This document shows positions 20,050 to 29,834 of a stretch of 64,000 bases of DNA, piece after piece. A model generated the notes under the pieces. That model was not told where the DNA came from, did not search any database, and saw only the letters and a list, made by a program, of their open reading frames with translations. Origin of the DNA: Bacteroidales bacterium (GTDB taxonomy: Bacteria > Bacteroidota > Bacteroidia > Bacteroidales > UBA12077). A program made the translations under genes and the position numbers. Each line of letters opens with the position of its first letter. Within the stretch, counting starts at the first letter, position 1. The stretch spans positions 20,626-84,625 of the forward strand of contig JANQHR010000049.1 of assembly GCA_028282585.1 (NCBI GenBank), in the 5' to 3' direction.

Positions 20050-20829
20050 TTATTCCTCAGGAACTTTTATGTCACCCAATGGATAAAATGGGAACATGTT
20101 GTCTACCATCCATTGATTAGCTTGAACAGGAGTCATTTTCCAACCTGAGTTACAATTCGATACTATCTCAACAAAAGAAAGTCCTTTTTGCAGTTTTTGG
20201 TTTTCGAATGCTTTCTTAAGTGCCTTTTTCGCTTTACGTGCAGCAGCAGGTGTATGAACGGCCTGGCGAGTTACATAATATGTTCCTGGTAATTCTGCTA
20301 CTAATTCAGTAATTTTCATTGGTGCACCCATTGAGTGAACTTCCCTCCCATAAGGTGAAGTAGAAGATTTCATTCCTGGTAAAGTAGTTGGAGCCATTTG
20401 TCCACCTGTCATACCATATATACCATTATTTACGAAAATTATTGTAATATTTTCACCTCTGTTACATGCGTGAATAGTTTCAGCCGTACCAATAGCAGCT
20501 AAATCGCCATCACCTTGGTAAGTAAAAACATAATTTTCAGGAAATAATCTTTTAATTGCAGTTGCCAAAGCAGGAGCTCTACCGTGCGCAGCTTGTTGCA
20601 TGTCAATATCCATAAACTCGTAAGCAAGTACAGAACAACCTACAGGAGCTACACCAACTGTTTTATCCTGTGCTTCAAGTTCTTCAACTACCTCCATAAC
20701 TAGGCGGTGCACAGTACCATGACCACAACCAGGACAATAACTTAATGGTTTTTCAGTTAAAAGATCTGTCTTTTTATACACTAAGTTCTCTTCCTTAACT
20801 ATATCTTTATTTATAACATTTTCAGCCAT
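20050..20829 (-). CDS. 2-oxoacid:ferredoxin oxidoreductase beta (TPP-binding) subunit
   Basis: YCPGCGH, PVGCS, HGRA, GDGD...NNGIYGMTGGQMAPTT. Confidence 0.93.
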   Translation of the reverse strand: MAENVINKDIVKEENLVYKKTDLLTEKPLSYCPGCGHGTVHRLVMEVVEELEAQDKTVGVAPVGCSVLAYEFMDIDMQQAAHGRAPALATAIKRLFPENYVFTYQGDGDLAAIGTAETIHACNRGENITIIFVNNGIYGMTGGQMAPTTLPGMKSSTSPYGREVHSMGAPMKITELVAELPGTYYVTRQAVHTPAAARKAKKALKKAFENQKLQKGLSFVEIVSNCNSGWKMTPVQANQWMVDNMFPFYPLGDIKVPEE

Positions 20830-20840
20830 TTTTTATCCTC

Positions 20841-21917
20841 CTATAAAAATTTTTGTTCTAATGCTTCAACCACTTCTTCAGGAGATGGAATAATTCCGCC
20901 CATCCTACCGAAGTGTTCAACAGGAATATTGCATTCAACTGCTAGTTTAATATCCTCAATCATTTGTCCTGCACTCATTTCCACAGAAAGGATACCTTTA
21001 ACTTGCTTGCTTAACTCAAGTAATCTTTTACTTGGGAAAGGGAATAATGTAATTGGACGTAATAAACCAACTTTTAATCCTTTGGCTCTTGCTAATTGAA
21101 CAGATTTTTGGCAAATACGAGAACTTGTTCCATACGCTACAAAAATATATTCAGCATCTTCGGTTTGAATTTCTTCAAAACGAACTTCTTTCTCTTCTAT
21201 TTCTTTATATTTTGCTTGAAGGTGATGATTAAAATCTTCTTGTTGCTGCGGATCAAGGTCCAGGGAAGTTATAATATTTCTCTCTCTGTTAGCATCTTTA
21301 CCTGTAGTTGCCCAAGGGCATCTTTCCTTAACCTGCTCATTACTTAACCTTTGCTTTTGTTCTCCAACTTCAACTTTTTCCATCATCTGGCCAATAGCAC
21401 CATCGGATAATACCATAACCGGAGTTCTGTATTTAAATGCTAAATCAAAACCTGTTTCTACGAAATCGTACATTTCCTGAACAGAGAAAGGTGCTAACAC
21501 AATCATTCTGTAATCGCCATGTCCGCCACCTTTAACAGATTGAAAATAGTCGGACTGAGCTGGCTGTATAGTACCTAAACCAGGCCCTCCTCTAACTACA
21601 TTTAATATTAAACAAGGAAGTTCTGCTCCCGCAATATATGTGATACCTTCTTGCTTTAATGAAATACCAGGGCTCGAAGATGAAGTCATAATCATTTTAC
21701 CAGCACCAGCACCACCATAAACCATATTAATAGCAGCAACTTCACTTTCTGCTTGAAGAACAACCATTCCTGTTCTTTCTTCAGGTTTTTGTAGCATAAG
21801 GTATTCAAGAACTTCTGATTGCGGAGTAATTGGATAACCAAAATACCCATCGACACCTGCACGAATAGCTGCTTCTGCTATCGCTTCGTTGCCTTTCATT
21901 AATCTTAATTCTTTCAT
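20841..21917 (-). CDS. vorB: 2-oxoacid:ferredoxin oxidoreductase alpha subunit (VorB / 3-methyl-2-oxobutanoate type)
   Basis: GNEAIAEAA, GYPITPQSE, QAESEVAAINM, SSSPGISLKQE, RGGPGLG. Confidence 0.9.
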   Translation of the reverse strand: MKELRLMKGNEAIAEAAIRAGVDGYFGYPITPQSEVLEYLMLQKPEERTGMVVLQAESEVAAINMVYGGAGAGKMIMTSSSSPGISLKQEGITYIAGAELPCLILNVVRGGPGLGTIQPAQSDYFQSVKGGGHGDYRMIVLAPFSVQEMYDFVETGFDLAFKYRTPVMVLSDGAIGQMMEKVEVGEQKQRLSNEQVKERCPWATTGKDANRERNIITSLDLDPQQQEDFNHHLQAKYKEIEEKEVRFEEIQTEDAEYIFVAYGTSSRICQKSVQLARAKGLKVGLLRPITLFPFPSKRLLELSKQVKGILSVEMSAGQMIEDIKLAVECNIPVEHFGRMGGIIPSPEEVVEALEQKFL

Positions 21918-21945
21918 TATTTATAGTTCTTTTAAAAATTTAATA

Positions 21946-22176
21946 CTATTTGTTTACTTTTTTTCTGTAAACTGTAATAACACCGTCCGGGCAAACTATT
22001 GCACAATTGGCACAACCAGTACAATTATCAGGATTTTCCATATATGCATAATGATAGCCTTTACCATTTACATCTTCGGCTAACCGGATAACATCTGTCG
22101 GACATGAAGGCACACAAACTTCGCAGCCTTTACATTTTTCGATGTCAACAATTATTGACCCTTTTACTTTTGCCAT
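21946..22176 (-). CDS. 2x[4Fe-4S] ferredoxin, delta subunit of the oxidoreductase
   Basis: CKGCEVCVPSCP and CTGCANCAIVCP. TATCTTTG promoter motif at 22225-22218. Confidence 0.93.
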   Translation of the reverse strand: MAKVKGSIIVDIEKCKGCEVCVPSCPTDVIRLAEDVNGKGYHYAYMENPDNCTGCANCAIVCPDGVITVYRKKVNK

Positions 22177-22314
22177 TATATTAAAATTTAGTTTTTATTG
22201 TAGTTTTTGAACGCCACCAAAGATAACATTTTTAAGCCAGTTTTCTTGTCCAAAAATCTTTAGGAACGCCTGTTATTCAACAGTTTTATTCATTATTAAC
22301 TTAAGTTTAACAAA

Positions 22315-23643
22315 CTAACTATGATGTTCGTTAAATTCTTTTAATCTTTGCTCCAAATCTTCAAATTGGCTCCTATGAATTTGCGAAACACAAGCCCTCA
22401 AGCCTTCATGTCTTTCACTTCCGGTTGTAGATAAGGATATAGCACTAATTCCATAATATAGTAATTCCTCTAACAAGTCTACTCCATCCATTCCAGGGTA
22501 TGAAAAAGTGAAATAGAATCCATCAGCTAATGGTTCATCTTCATCCATATCGTAAACAATCCGAAAACCATTATCTGTGAACATTTTCTTCATGATCTTG
22601 GCTCTTTCGCCATATTCCTTAACATCTTCAACAAAATTGAAATCTCCATCATTTGCAGCTTTTAACATAGCAGCTAAACCATATTGTGCAGAATGGCTAG
22701 TTCCTGATGATAATGAATAAATGGCTCCATAAACCATTGAATAACCAAATTCATCTGTTTTATAAAACCTTTTTAAATCAGGGAATCTTTTGTTAAACAA
22801 TCCGTTTGAAATGGCCATCATACCAATTCTTTGTCCTGCGTAACTAAACGATTTAGAGCTGGAAATCAATAATATAAAATTATCTGTATATTTTGCAACT
22901 GATGGTTGATATGGTGCCTCTCCGGGTTTTGATAAATCCTTACGGAAATCCATTGCGAAGTATGCTAAATCTTCCATAATGATTATATCATACTTTGTCG
23001 CTAATTCACCAATTATTTGCAATTCTTTTTCCGTAAAACAAATCCAAGATGGATTATTGGGGTTTGAATATAATATTGTTGAAATGTTTCCTTTTTCAAG
23101 ATATTCCTCTAGCTTTGCTTTTAATTTATCTCCACGATAATTGTAAACATCGAAAGTTTCATATTTTAAACCGAGTACCTTGTGCTGCATTTTTTGCACA
23201 GGAAATCCTGGATCGATAAATAAAGTTGTATCCTTATTAACATCTCTTCTACAAGCCACCAAAAAAGAAGCAAAAGCTCCTTGCATGGATCCTACTGTTG
23301 GCAAGCAATTTTTTTCATCAATATCAATATTGATAAAATTCTTTATAAATCGAGATATTTCTTTTTTCAAAATATCAACGCCTTCAATCATCGGGTATTT
23401 TGAAGCTACACCGTTTTTTAAGGCTTCAATTTCACCCTCAATACCTACTTGTGCTGGTGGTAATCCTGGTACTCCCATTTCCATTCGTACATACTTCTCT
23501 CCAGTTTCATTCTCGATTTCATTTACTAAGCGAACAATCTCACGAATAGAAGCCATTCCCACTTTCTCTAATCCACTTTCTCGTAATTTTTTTTGTACAA
23601 CACAAGCGTCAATCGGTGTTTTCTTTATCGTTGTATCATTCAT
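22315..23643 (-). CDS. PLP-dependent aminotransferase class I/II
   Basis: NPNNPS, EDLAY, SSSKSFSYAGQRIG (PLP Lys), LRACVS. Confidence 0.9.
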   Translation of the reverse strand: MNDTTIKKTPIDACVVQKKLRESGLEKVGMASIREIVRLVNEIENETGEKYVRMEMGVPGLPPAQVGIEGEIEALKNGVASKYPMIEGVDILKKEISRFIKNFINIDIDEKNCLPTVGSMQGAFASFLVACRRDVNKDTTLFIDPGFPVQKMQHKVLGLKYETFDVYNYRGDKLKAKLEEYLEKGNISTILYSNPNNPSWICFTEKELQIIGELATKYDIIIMEDLAYFAMDFRKDLSKPGEAPYQPSVAKYTDNFILLISSSKSFSYAGQRIGMMAISNGLFNKRFPDLKRFYKTDEFGYSMVYGAIYSLSSGTSHSAQYGLAAMLKAANDGDFNFVEDVKEYGERAKIMKKMFTDNGFRIVYDMDEDEPLADGFYFTFSYPGMDGVDLLEELLYYGISAISLSTTGSERHEGLRACVSQIHRSQFEDLEQRLKEFNEHHS

Positions 23644-23674
23644 ATTAAAACGGTTTAAGGGGTGATTTAATGTT

Positions 23675-24196
23675 TTATTTGAATTCTCCTTTTATTTTGT
23701 CAATCCAATTATTAACTCTTTCATCAGTTAATTCCGGCTCAAAATCTTCATTTACTGGTAAACCAATAAACTTTCCATCTATTAAAGCCTTAGATTCTCT
23801 AAAATCATAACCCTGTGTATCAACTTTACCAATAACATTTGCACCTTTTGGTAGTATTTTTTCTGCTACGATTCCAAGTGCATCTACAAAATGAAGGTCA
23901 TAAGTAATTTGATCTCCTAAACCAAACATTGCAATTACTTTATTAGAGTAATCAACTTTGGCAACTTCAGGTAAAAACACATCCCAATCATTTGCAGGCT
24001 TATCAGCATCCCAGGTTTCCTTACCAATTGTTGATATTCCATATATAACATTTTCATATTTTTCAACATCCGAAGCATTTGCTTCCTTCGCCGGAATTAA
24101 ATCGACATTTTCTGTACCTAAAGCGCTTGCTACTTTCTTTGCTACTCTTTCAGTTGAACCCCCCAAAGGGCCATAAAATAATCCTATTTTTTTCAT
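23675..24196 (-). CDS. Long-chain flavodoxin
   Basis: GLFYG..GGST, AMFGLGDQ..Y..HFVDALG, FIGL, TDERV..W. TATATTTG motif at 24234-24227. Confidence 0.9.
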   Translation of the reverse strand: MKKIGLFYGPLGGSTERVAKKVASALGTENVDLIPAKEANASDVEKYENVIYGISTIGKETWDADKPANDWDVFLPEVAKVDYSNKVIAMFGLGDQITYDLHFVDALGIVAEKILPKGANVIGKVDTQGYDFRESKALIDGKFIGLPVNEDFEPELTDERVNNWIDKIKGEFK

Positions 24197-24258
24197 CTTA
24201 TCTAGTTTTTATTTTTTCGTTAATTACAAATATAAGTATAGTTTAGGGTAACTAAAAT

Positions 24259-25707
24259 TTATTTCTTTTTCGTTGCATTGTATGCCAAACTTAATAGTGG
24301 GTTTGCAACTAAAGACACGATCATACCTACCGTGCCTGCTTGTGGCGATGGCATTCCTGTGACATATAATAAAATACAAGAAGCTAATCCAATAAATGCT
24401 GAACTTAATCCGCCAAATTGATTGCTCCATTTTGTAAATAGTCCCCAAATAAATGGACCTAAAAAGAATGAACCAATTGCTCCCCATGAAATTCCTAAAA
24501 TGGCAACTATAGAGTCCGGTTTTATTAACGCAATTATTACTGAAATTAATACAAATGCCACGCTGCCAAACCTCATTAATGATGTTAAGCCTTTATCACT
24601 CACATTTTTATTTACAAATCCTGCGTAGAAATCTTTAACAACAGAAGAGCTTGAGATCAAAACCAAAGCTGCTAATGTTGACATAGATGCTGATAAAATT
24701 AAGATTAGAATAATAATGGTCAATGATTCGGGAACTACATAATTCAATAACTCTGGCATCAAAGCATCCGGATCTAACGTACCTTCAACACCATTTGGAA
24801 ATGATAATGGTGCATTTGTTGGATTTAAAAATACTCTGGTTGTCGAGCCTATAAAATATGCAATACAACCAATCAATAATGCGAAAAAAGTAGATGCAAC
24901 CATTCCAACTTTGATGGATTTTTTATCTTTAATTGCATAGAACTTCTGCACAAGTTGTGGCATTGCAAAAGGTGCAACACTGGTTAAAAATATTAACGAG
25001 AAAAGTGGCCACCAACCAGGAGGGCCAACTACCTTTGTTAACTTTGGATCAATATTGGATAATATTTCCGTTATCGAAACCATTCCTCCACCTTTATTCA
25101 CCGTAAATAAAACAAGGACTATAACACTAGCTGTCATGATCATTCCAAAAATTGTATCAATCATGGTCATGGATTTATAACCGCCTAATGATAAATAAAG
25201 TGAAGTAAAAGCACCCATCGCAACAACAATATGCCAATACTCGATTTCTGGAAATGAAGCTTCAAAAAGCTTCGATAATCCAATAAATACTGCTGCCGAA
25301 TAAGGAACTAAGAAAATAAATATTGCAATAGATGAAGCTAACTTAAAAAAGCTATTTTTATATCTTTTCTCAAGAAATTCGCTTAAAGTTGAAACACCAT
25401 ATTCGGTAGACATTTTCTTTATTTTCCAGCCTAGAATTGCCCATACTCCTAAAACTCCTATCAAGGCGTTAAATACACCAATCCAGATGCCAGAAAATCC
25501 AAATCCCCATCCTACTTTTCCTGCAAACCCAATAAATACAACCGCTGAAAAATATGCTGTTCCATAAGAAAATGCAGTCATCCAAGGACCAACGTTTCCA
25601 CCACCTAAAAAGAAATCAGAAAATGATTTTGTTTTACGCATTCCTAAAATGCCAACCACAATAATCATTAATGCATATGCTGCTAAAACTATTACTTTAA
25701 CCGCCAT
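24259..25707 (-). CDS. Sodium:solute symporter (SSS, PutP-like)
   Basis: DFFLGG..VGPW, ~13 TM helices, GGYKS, PQLVQKFY, SASMST. Confidence 0.9.
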   Translation of the reverse strand: MAVKVIVLAAYALMIIVVGILGMRKTKSFSDFFLGGGNVGPWMTAFSYGTAYFSAVVFIGFAGKVGWGFGFSGIWIGVFNALIGVLGVWAILGWKIKKMSTEYGVSTLSEFLEKRYKNSFFKLASSIAIFIFLVPYSAAVFIGLSKLFEASFPEIEYWHIVVAMGAFTSLYLSLGGYKSMTMIDTIFGMIMTASVIVLVLFTVNKGGGMVSITEILSNIDPKLTKVVGPPGWWPLFSLIFLTSVAPFAMPQLVQKFYAIKDKKSIKVGMVASTFFALLIGCIAYFIGSTTRVFLNPTNAPLSFPNGVEGTLDPDALMPELLNYVVPESLTIIILILILSASMSTLAALVLISSSSVVKDFYAGFVNKNVSDKGLTSLMRFGSVAFVLISVIIALIKPDSIVAILGISWGAIGSFFLGPFIWGLFTKWSNQFGGLSSAFIGLASCILLYVTGMPSPQAGTVGMIVSLVANPLLSLAYNATKKK

Positions 25708-25718
25708 TTTTAATATTT

Positions 25719-26996
25719 TTAAAAGAAGTGGAATACAGTAAACATTAACCTTGTATTCGATACTTCATGTGATTTTGTAAATTCTCCGTATTTGTTTGCA
25801 ACATCACCATATGCTGCTACTGTATATTCTAACTCAACCGCTAACATAAAATTATTGATCTTATGAGATACCGTTGGTGCAATTCTATAAAAATAATCTA
25901 CATTTAAGGCCATTCCATAAGCATCTCCTATTATTGGATCATCTGCCCCTAAATTTTTTGTATAGCCACCAAACAATGCAAACTTTGTTTGTTCACCATA
26001 GATTATATTTGCCCAGGAATAGAAATGGTTATATGGGGTATATTTTTCTCGCCCTGTAATACTATCCAAGCTACTAACACCGTAACCTCCAGGCATAACG
26101 CTTTCCGAAAGGTTTTGCCCATAGATAGCTTTTGCTTTAACTTCCCATTTAGGATTTTTATATTTAAAATATCCCATATACGAAATTGAATTTAATTTCT
26201 CATTGGTTACGAATAAGGAATCGTAAGTTGGATCAACATTAACTAACGATTCTGTTTCTAACCTGGGCATTATTGATTTATAATCAACGGCTGCGCCAAA
26301 TAAGAAATTACCTGGCTTATATTGAAGTTGCAAATGTAAATTAGGAATATTTGCATTTTTAATATACTGAGCAGATTTTCCATCCGGACCTGAACTTACA
26401 TAATCACTTTGAGATATCGCAGCACCAATTACCTTAAATTTTCCTAATTCATGAGAAACCTGTAACATTGGGCTTCGGTTAAAAGGTTGAAAAGGAATAC
26501 CTGTGTTTAAAGACATAACCGAAGGAAAAACCTCCTTTACAAACATTGGGTGCCATTCGCGTCCTAATAAAACCTCAGTTTTTTCCCAATTTAATCTAGA
26601 ATACGCATGGCGTAATCGAACCCTGCTAGTATAATAATTTCCAGTGATTCCTGTCCAGTCAACCTCCACTAATCCGGTTAATTTTGCCCCGAATACGTCC
26701 GGCCCTGTTACTTTTCCTCTTACTCTTGTCGAAATATCAACGATACCAAGAGAACCATGCGCATTTATATCTTCTCCATTTTCATCTAATTCTTTATCCT
26801 TTGGGTAAAGTAATAATAAATCTTCTAATACTTCTACATTTTGGCGGGTATCAAAGAATACATCGCTTTTTATAAATCCTGAAGGTTCAAATTTTATCTT
26901 CCTTTCTACCGTTGCGGAGGGTTTTTCTTCTGTTTCTTGGGCAAACAAAAAATTAATCGAGAGTACTAATAATAAAACCAAATATCCTTTTCTCAT
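25719..26996 (-). CDS. Putative outer-membrane porin (DcaP-like)
   Basis: Signal peptide, GFIKSD.FFD, RLRHAY, amphipathic beta strands, C-terminal aromatic residues (HFF). Confidence 0.7.
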   Translation of the reverse strand: MRKGYLVLLLVLSINFLFAQETEEKPSATVERKIKFEPSGFIKSDVFFDTRQNVEVLEDLLLLYPKDKELDENGEDINAHGSLGIVDISTRVRGKVTGPDVFGAKLTGLVEVDWTGITGNYYTSRVRLRHAYSRLNWEKTEVLLGREWHPMFVKEVFPSVMSLNTGIPFQPFNRSPMLQVSHELGKFKVIGAAISQSDYVSSGPDGKSAQYIKNANIPNLHLQLQYKPGNFLFGAAVDYKSIMPRLETESLVNVDPTYDSLFVTNEKLNSISYMGYFKYKNPKWEVKAKAIYGQNLSESVMPGGYGVSSLDSITGREKYTPYNHFYSWANIIYGEQTKFALFGGYTKNLGADDPIIGDAYGMALNVDYFYRIAPTVSHKINNFMLAVELEYTVAAYGDVANKYGEFTKSHEVSNTRLMFTVFHFF

Positions 26997-26999
26997 TTT

Positions 27000-27164
27000 T
27001 TATTCTTTAACTTCCTCCGTTTTTATAAACCCAAAGCGTTGGAAACCTTTTAAAAGCTCTTCTTTTACTTGTGGCCATTTAAGGATTATACCTAGAATTA
27101 GCATAATTGCCAACGCTAAAAGCAGTTTCTCATTAAATCTTAAATCCTTAAATTTTTTCATCAT
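27000..27164 (-). CDS. Small single-TM membrane protein (54 aa), not in the ORF track
   Basis: MMKKFKDLRFNEKLLLALAIMLILGIILKWPQVKEELLKGFQRFGFIKTEEVKE*. ATG abuts the upstream stop and the stop lies 3 nt before the porin ATG. Confidence 0.75.
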   Translation of the reverse strand: MMKKFKDLRFNEKLLLALAIMLILGIILKWPQVKEELLKGFQRFGFIKTEEVKE

Positions 27165-29222
27165 TTATTTTTCAATTCTAATTCTGGCATCAACTGCTAC
27201 TACTTTATCTGATTTTCCTAGCAAAGGATTCAAATCCATTTCGGCAATTTCAGGTGCAACCTGAACCATTGCTCCAACACGAGTTACAATTTCTGCAAAC
27301 ATTTCCTCGTTCACACCCTCTTGCCCACGAGCTCCTTGAATAATTCCGTAACTTTTTAATCCTTTGATCATCTTTTCTGCTTCATCCTTGGCAATTGGGG
27401 CAAGACCTGCATTCACATCTTTTAGAACTTCTATAAAAATTCCACCTAATCCACAAAGAACCATATGCCCGAATTTAGGTTCTGCTTTAGCTCCAACAAA
27501 TAACTCTGTTCCTGATAACATAGGTTGCAACAAAATTGCTGTAGTATCCTTGATTTGAATCATCCTGTCAAATTCGGTCGCAACAGCTTGTTCATCTTTC
27601 ACATTTAATACAACTCCACCAACATCAGATTTATGAACTGGCCCAACTACTTTCATCACAACAGGCAAACCTAGTTCTTTAGCAGCTTTAATAGCATCTT
27701 CTCGAGTTGTAACCACTGCCTCTCCTGCCCTTGATATTCCCGCAGCATCTAGCAAAGCTTGCACTTTTTCCGGAGAGATATATCCATCTTCAGTATTATC
27801 CACTATTTTTCTAATTGCAGTGCGATCAATATCTGGTAATTCGATATTTTCAGGAGCAGGTTTTTCCGCATGGTAAACCTTTGCTAAAGCATTCCCAAAA
27901 ACTACTTCATCAGGAAAGTTTATTCTTCCTTTAGCTATAAATGCGTCAATCTCATCTTTTACATTAATTATAGATGGTAAAATTGGATAAATTGGCTTTT
28001 TACAGGTTTTCATTTTCTCATCCAGTAAATCGTATACATCATAAACCGGAAATAAGCCAGGGCTTCCAAAAATTACAACCATTGCATCAATGTGATCAAA
28101 ATCGTTTTCACATGCATCTATAATATAACCTAATTGTTCGGTAGTTCCTGTTGCCAGAAAGTCAATTGGATTTGCAATTGATGATCCGGCATATAGTTTC
28201 TCTAATAATAATTCGGCTTTAGGGCCTTCAATCGGAGGAATTTCTAACGCATTATTTGAAAGTGCATCGGTTAACATAACTGCTGGACCACCGGCGTGTG
28301 TAATAATTGCAATATTTTTTCCTTGTAACTCAGGATACATAAAAATAGATGCAATTGTTGACAGTTCTTCGCGACTTGCACAACGAACAATACCTGCCTT
28401 TCTAAATAGTGCATCAACAGCTACATCCGAATTTGCTAAAGCTCCGGTGTGTGAAGAAGCAGCTCTGCTTCCAGCTTCTGAGCTACCTGATTTTATAGCT
28501 GCTATTTTACACCCTTTCCTTATTAAAGAAGAGGCATGCTTTAGTAATTTTTGAGGCTTGTCTATACTTTCTACATAAAGTGATTTAACCCTGGAGCTCG
28601 ATTCCGGATCAAAAGTTTCATCCAAATATTCCAGAACTTCTTCAACACCTATCTGTGCACTGTTACCAACAGAAAATACACTTGAAAATTTTAACCCTTT
28701 TGGCACCGAACATTCCATAATGTATACTGCAGTTGCTCCTGAACCTGAAATAAAATCAACTCCCTGAGGATCTAATTTAGGAATTGGGGTTGTAAACACT
28801 CCGCTGTAATTCTGATTTAAAACACCTACACAATTCGGACCAATTAAGGATGCATTATTTGCATTAACAATATCAACTAATTCCTGTTCAAGTTTGGCAC
28901 CTTCATCGTTTTCTTCACTAAATCCAGCTGATAAAATAATAAATGCCTTTGTATTTTTACGTTCAGCTAATACTCTTACGGTGTCCGGACAAAACTTAGC
29001 TGCAATAGCTAAAATAGCCATATCTACTTGTGGTAAATCATCCTGGTTTCTAAAACTTTTTATACCTTGTACTTTATCCTCTTTAGGATTTGTAACATAT
29101 AAATCACCCTTAAAGTTACCATCAATCAGGTTTTTTAATACCTTTCCTCCCGGCTTTTGAATATTGTCTGAACCGCCTATAACTACAATACTCTTGGGAT
29201 CGAGAAGCTGTTTTGTTATCAT
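27165..29222 (-). CDS. ADP-forming acyl-CoA (acetate-CoA) ligase, fused alpha/beta
   Basis: PKSIVVIG, IGPNCVG, ASSHTGALA (phospho-His), NPIDF, C-terminal ATP-grasp HKSDVGGV...DLNP..AVDARI. TAAATTTG promoter motif at 29265-29258. Confidence 0.92.
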   Translation of the reverse strand: MITKQLLDPKSIVVIGGSDNIQKPGGKVLKNLIDGNFKGDLYVTNPKEDKVQGIKSFRNQDDLPQVDMAILAIAAKFCPDTVRVLAERKNTKAFIILSAGFSEENDEGAKLEQELVDIVNANNASLIGPNCVGVLNQNYSGVFTTPIPKLDPQGVDFISGSGATAVYIMECSVPKGLKFSSVFSVGNSAQIGVEEVLEYLDETFDPESSSRVKSLYVESIDKPQKLLKHASSLIRKGCKIAAIKSGSSEAGSRAASSHTGALANSDVAVDALFRKAGIVRCASREELSTIASIFMYPELQGKNIAIITHAGGPAVMLTDALSNNALEIPPIEGPKAELLLEKLYAGSSIANPIDFLATGTTEQLGYIIDACENDFDHIDAMVVIFGSPGLFPVYDVYDLLDEKMKTCKKPIYPILPSIINVKDEIDAFIAKGRINFPDEVVFGNALAKVYHAEKPAPENIELPDIDRTAIRKIVDNTEDGYISPEKVQALLDAAGISRAGEAVVTTREDAIKAAKELGLPVVMKVVGPVHKSDVGGVVLNVKDEQAVATEFDRMIQIKDTTAILLQPMLSGTELFVGAKAEPKFGHMVLCGLGGIFIEVLKDVNAGLAPIAKDEAEKMIKGLKSYGIIQGARGQEGVNEEMFAEIVTRVGAMVQVAPEIAEMDLNPLLGKSDKVVAVDARIRIEK

Positions 29223-29475
29223 AATTACAATTTTTTACTATTTTTTTGAAAGTTGCACAAATTTAGTAAAAAAATAGCTGTATTATGGTTTCAAATTGTA
29301 AGCATATTATTGGATTTTGTTTTAATTTGAAACTAAGGACTAAGATGTACAATAAATTGCAAAACTTACATTGTTTAACATATTTTACAACATATGAAGA
29401 ATCAGTAAGATTATTGCTCGTTGATAAAGGTTATCAATTACTTAATTTTAATTCCTAAAATATGTAGAAGTGCAC

Positions 29476-29494
29476 AAGACAAAAAAGTCTTTTA
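29476..29494. promoter_or_regulatory. Palindromic operator, copy 1
   Basis: AAGAC-AAAAAA-GTCTT(TTA), identical to the core at 33436-33454. Confidence 0.65.
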
Positions 29495-29602
29495 CAAAGT
29501 CATTATTTAATCTATATTACTCTGTTTGCTAACCAATTAATACAAGAGAACAGGATTAGGTTTACAAAAAAAGATTTTTATAACCGGAATTGCAATCTAC
29601 AT

Positions 29603-29635
29603 AGGAGGGCTTATTTTAAGTCGCCCTCCTTTTTT
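29603..29635 (+). terminator. Intrinsic terminator with no upstream + strand CDS
   Basis: AGGAGGGC...GCCCTCCT followed by a T run. Confidence 0.75.
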
Positions 29636-29834
29636 ATTTTAATTTAATTGTCACATAAACTAAAGAATAGTTTAAATCGCTGAATTATGATTGTTAGCTA
29701 TAAATAAAATAACATAAATTTAAACTCAAAATAACTATTAATTATTTAAAAATCTGACAGATATTTTTTTATGTAATAAAATAACCATTCCGTGCTTATA
29801 ATACTAAAAAATTTTTAACACTAATTTAATTTTA

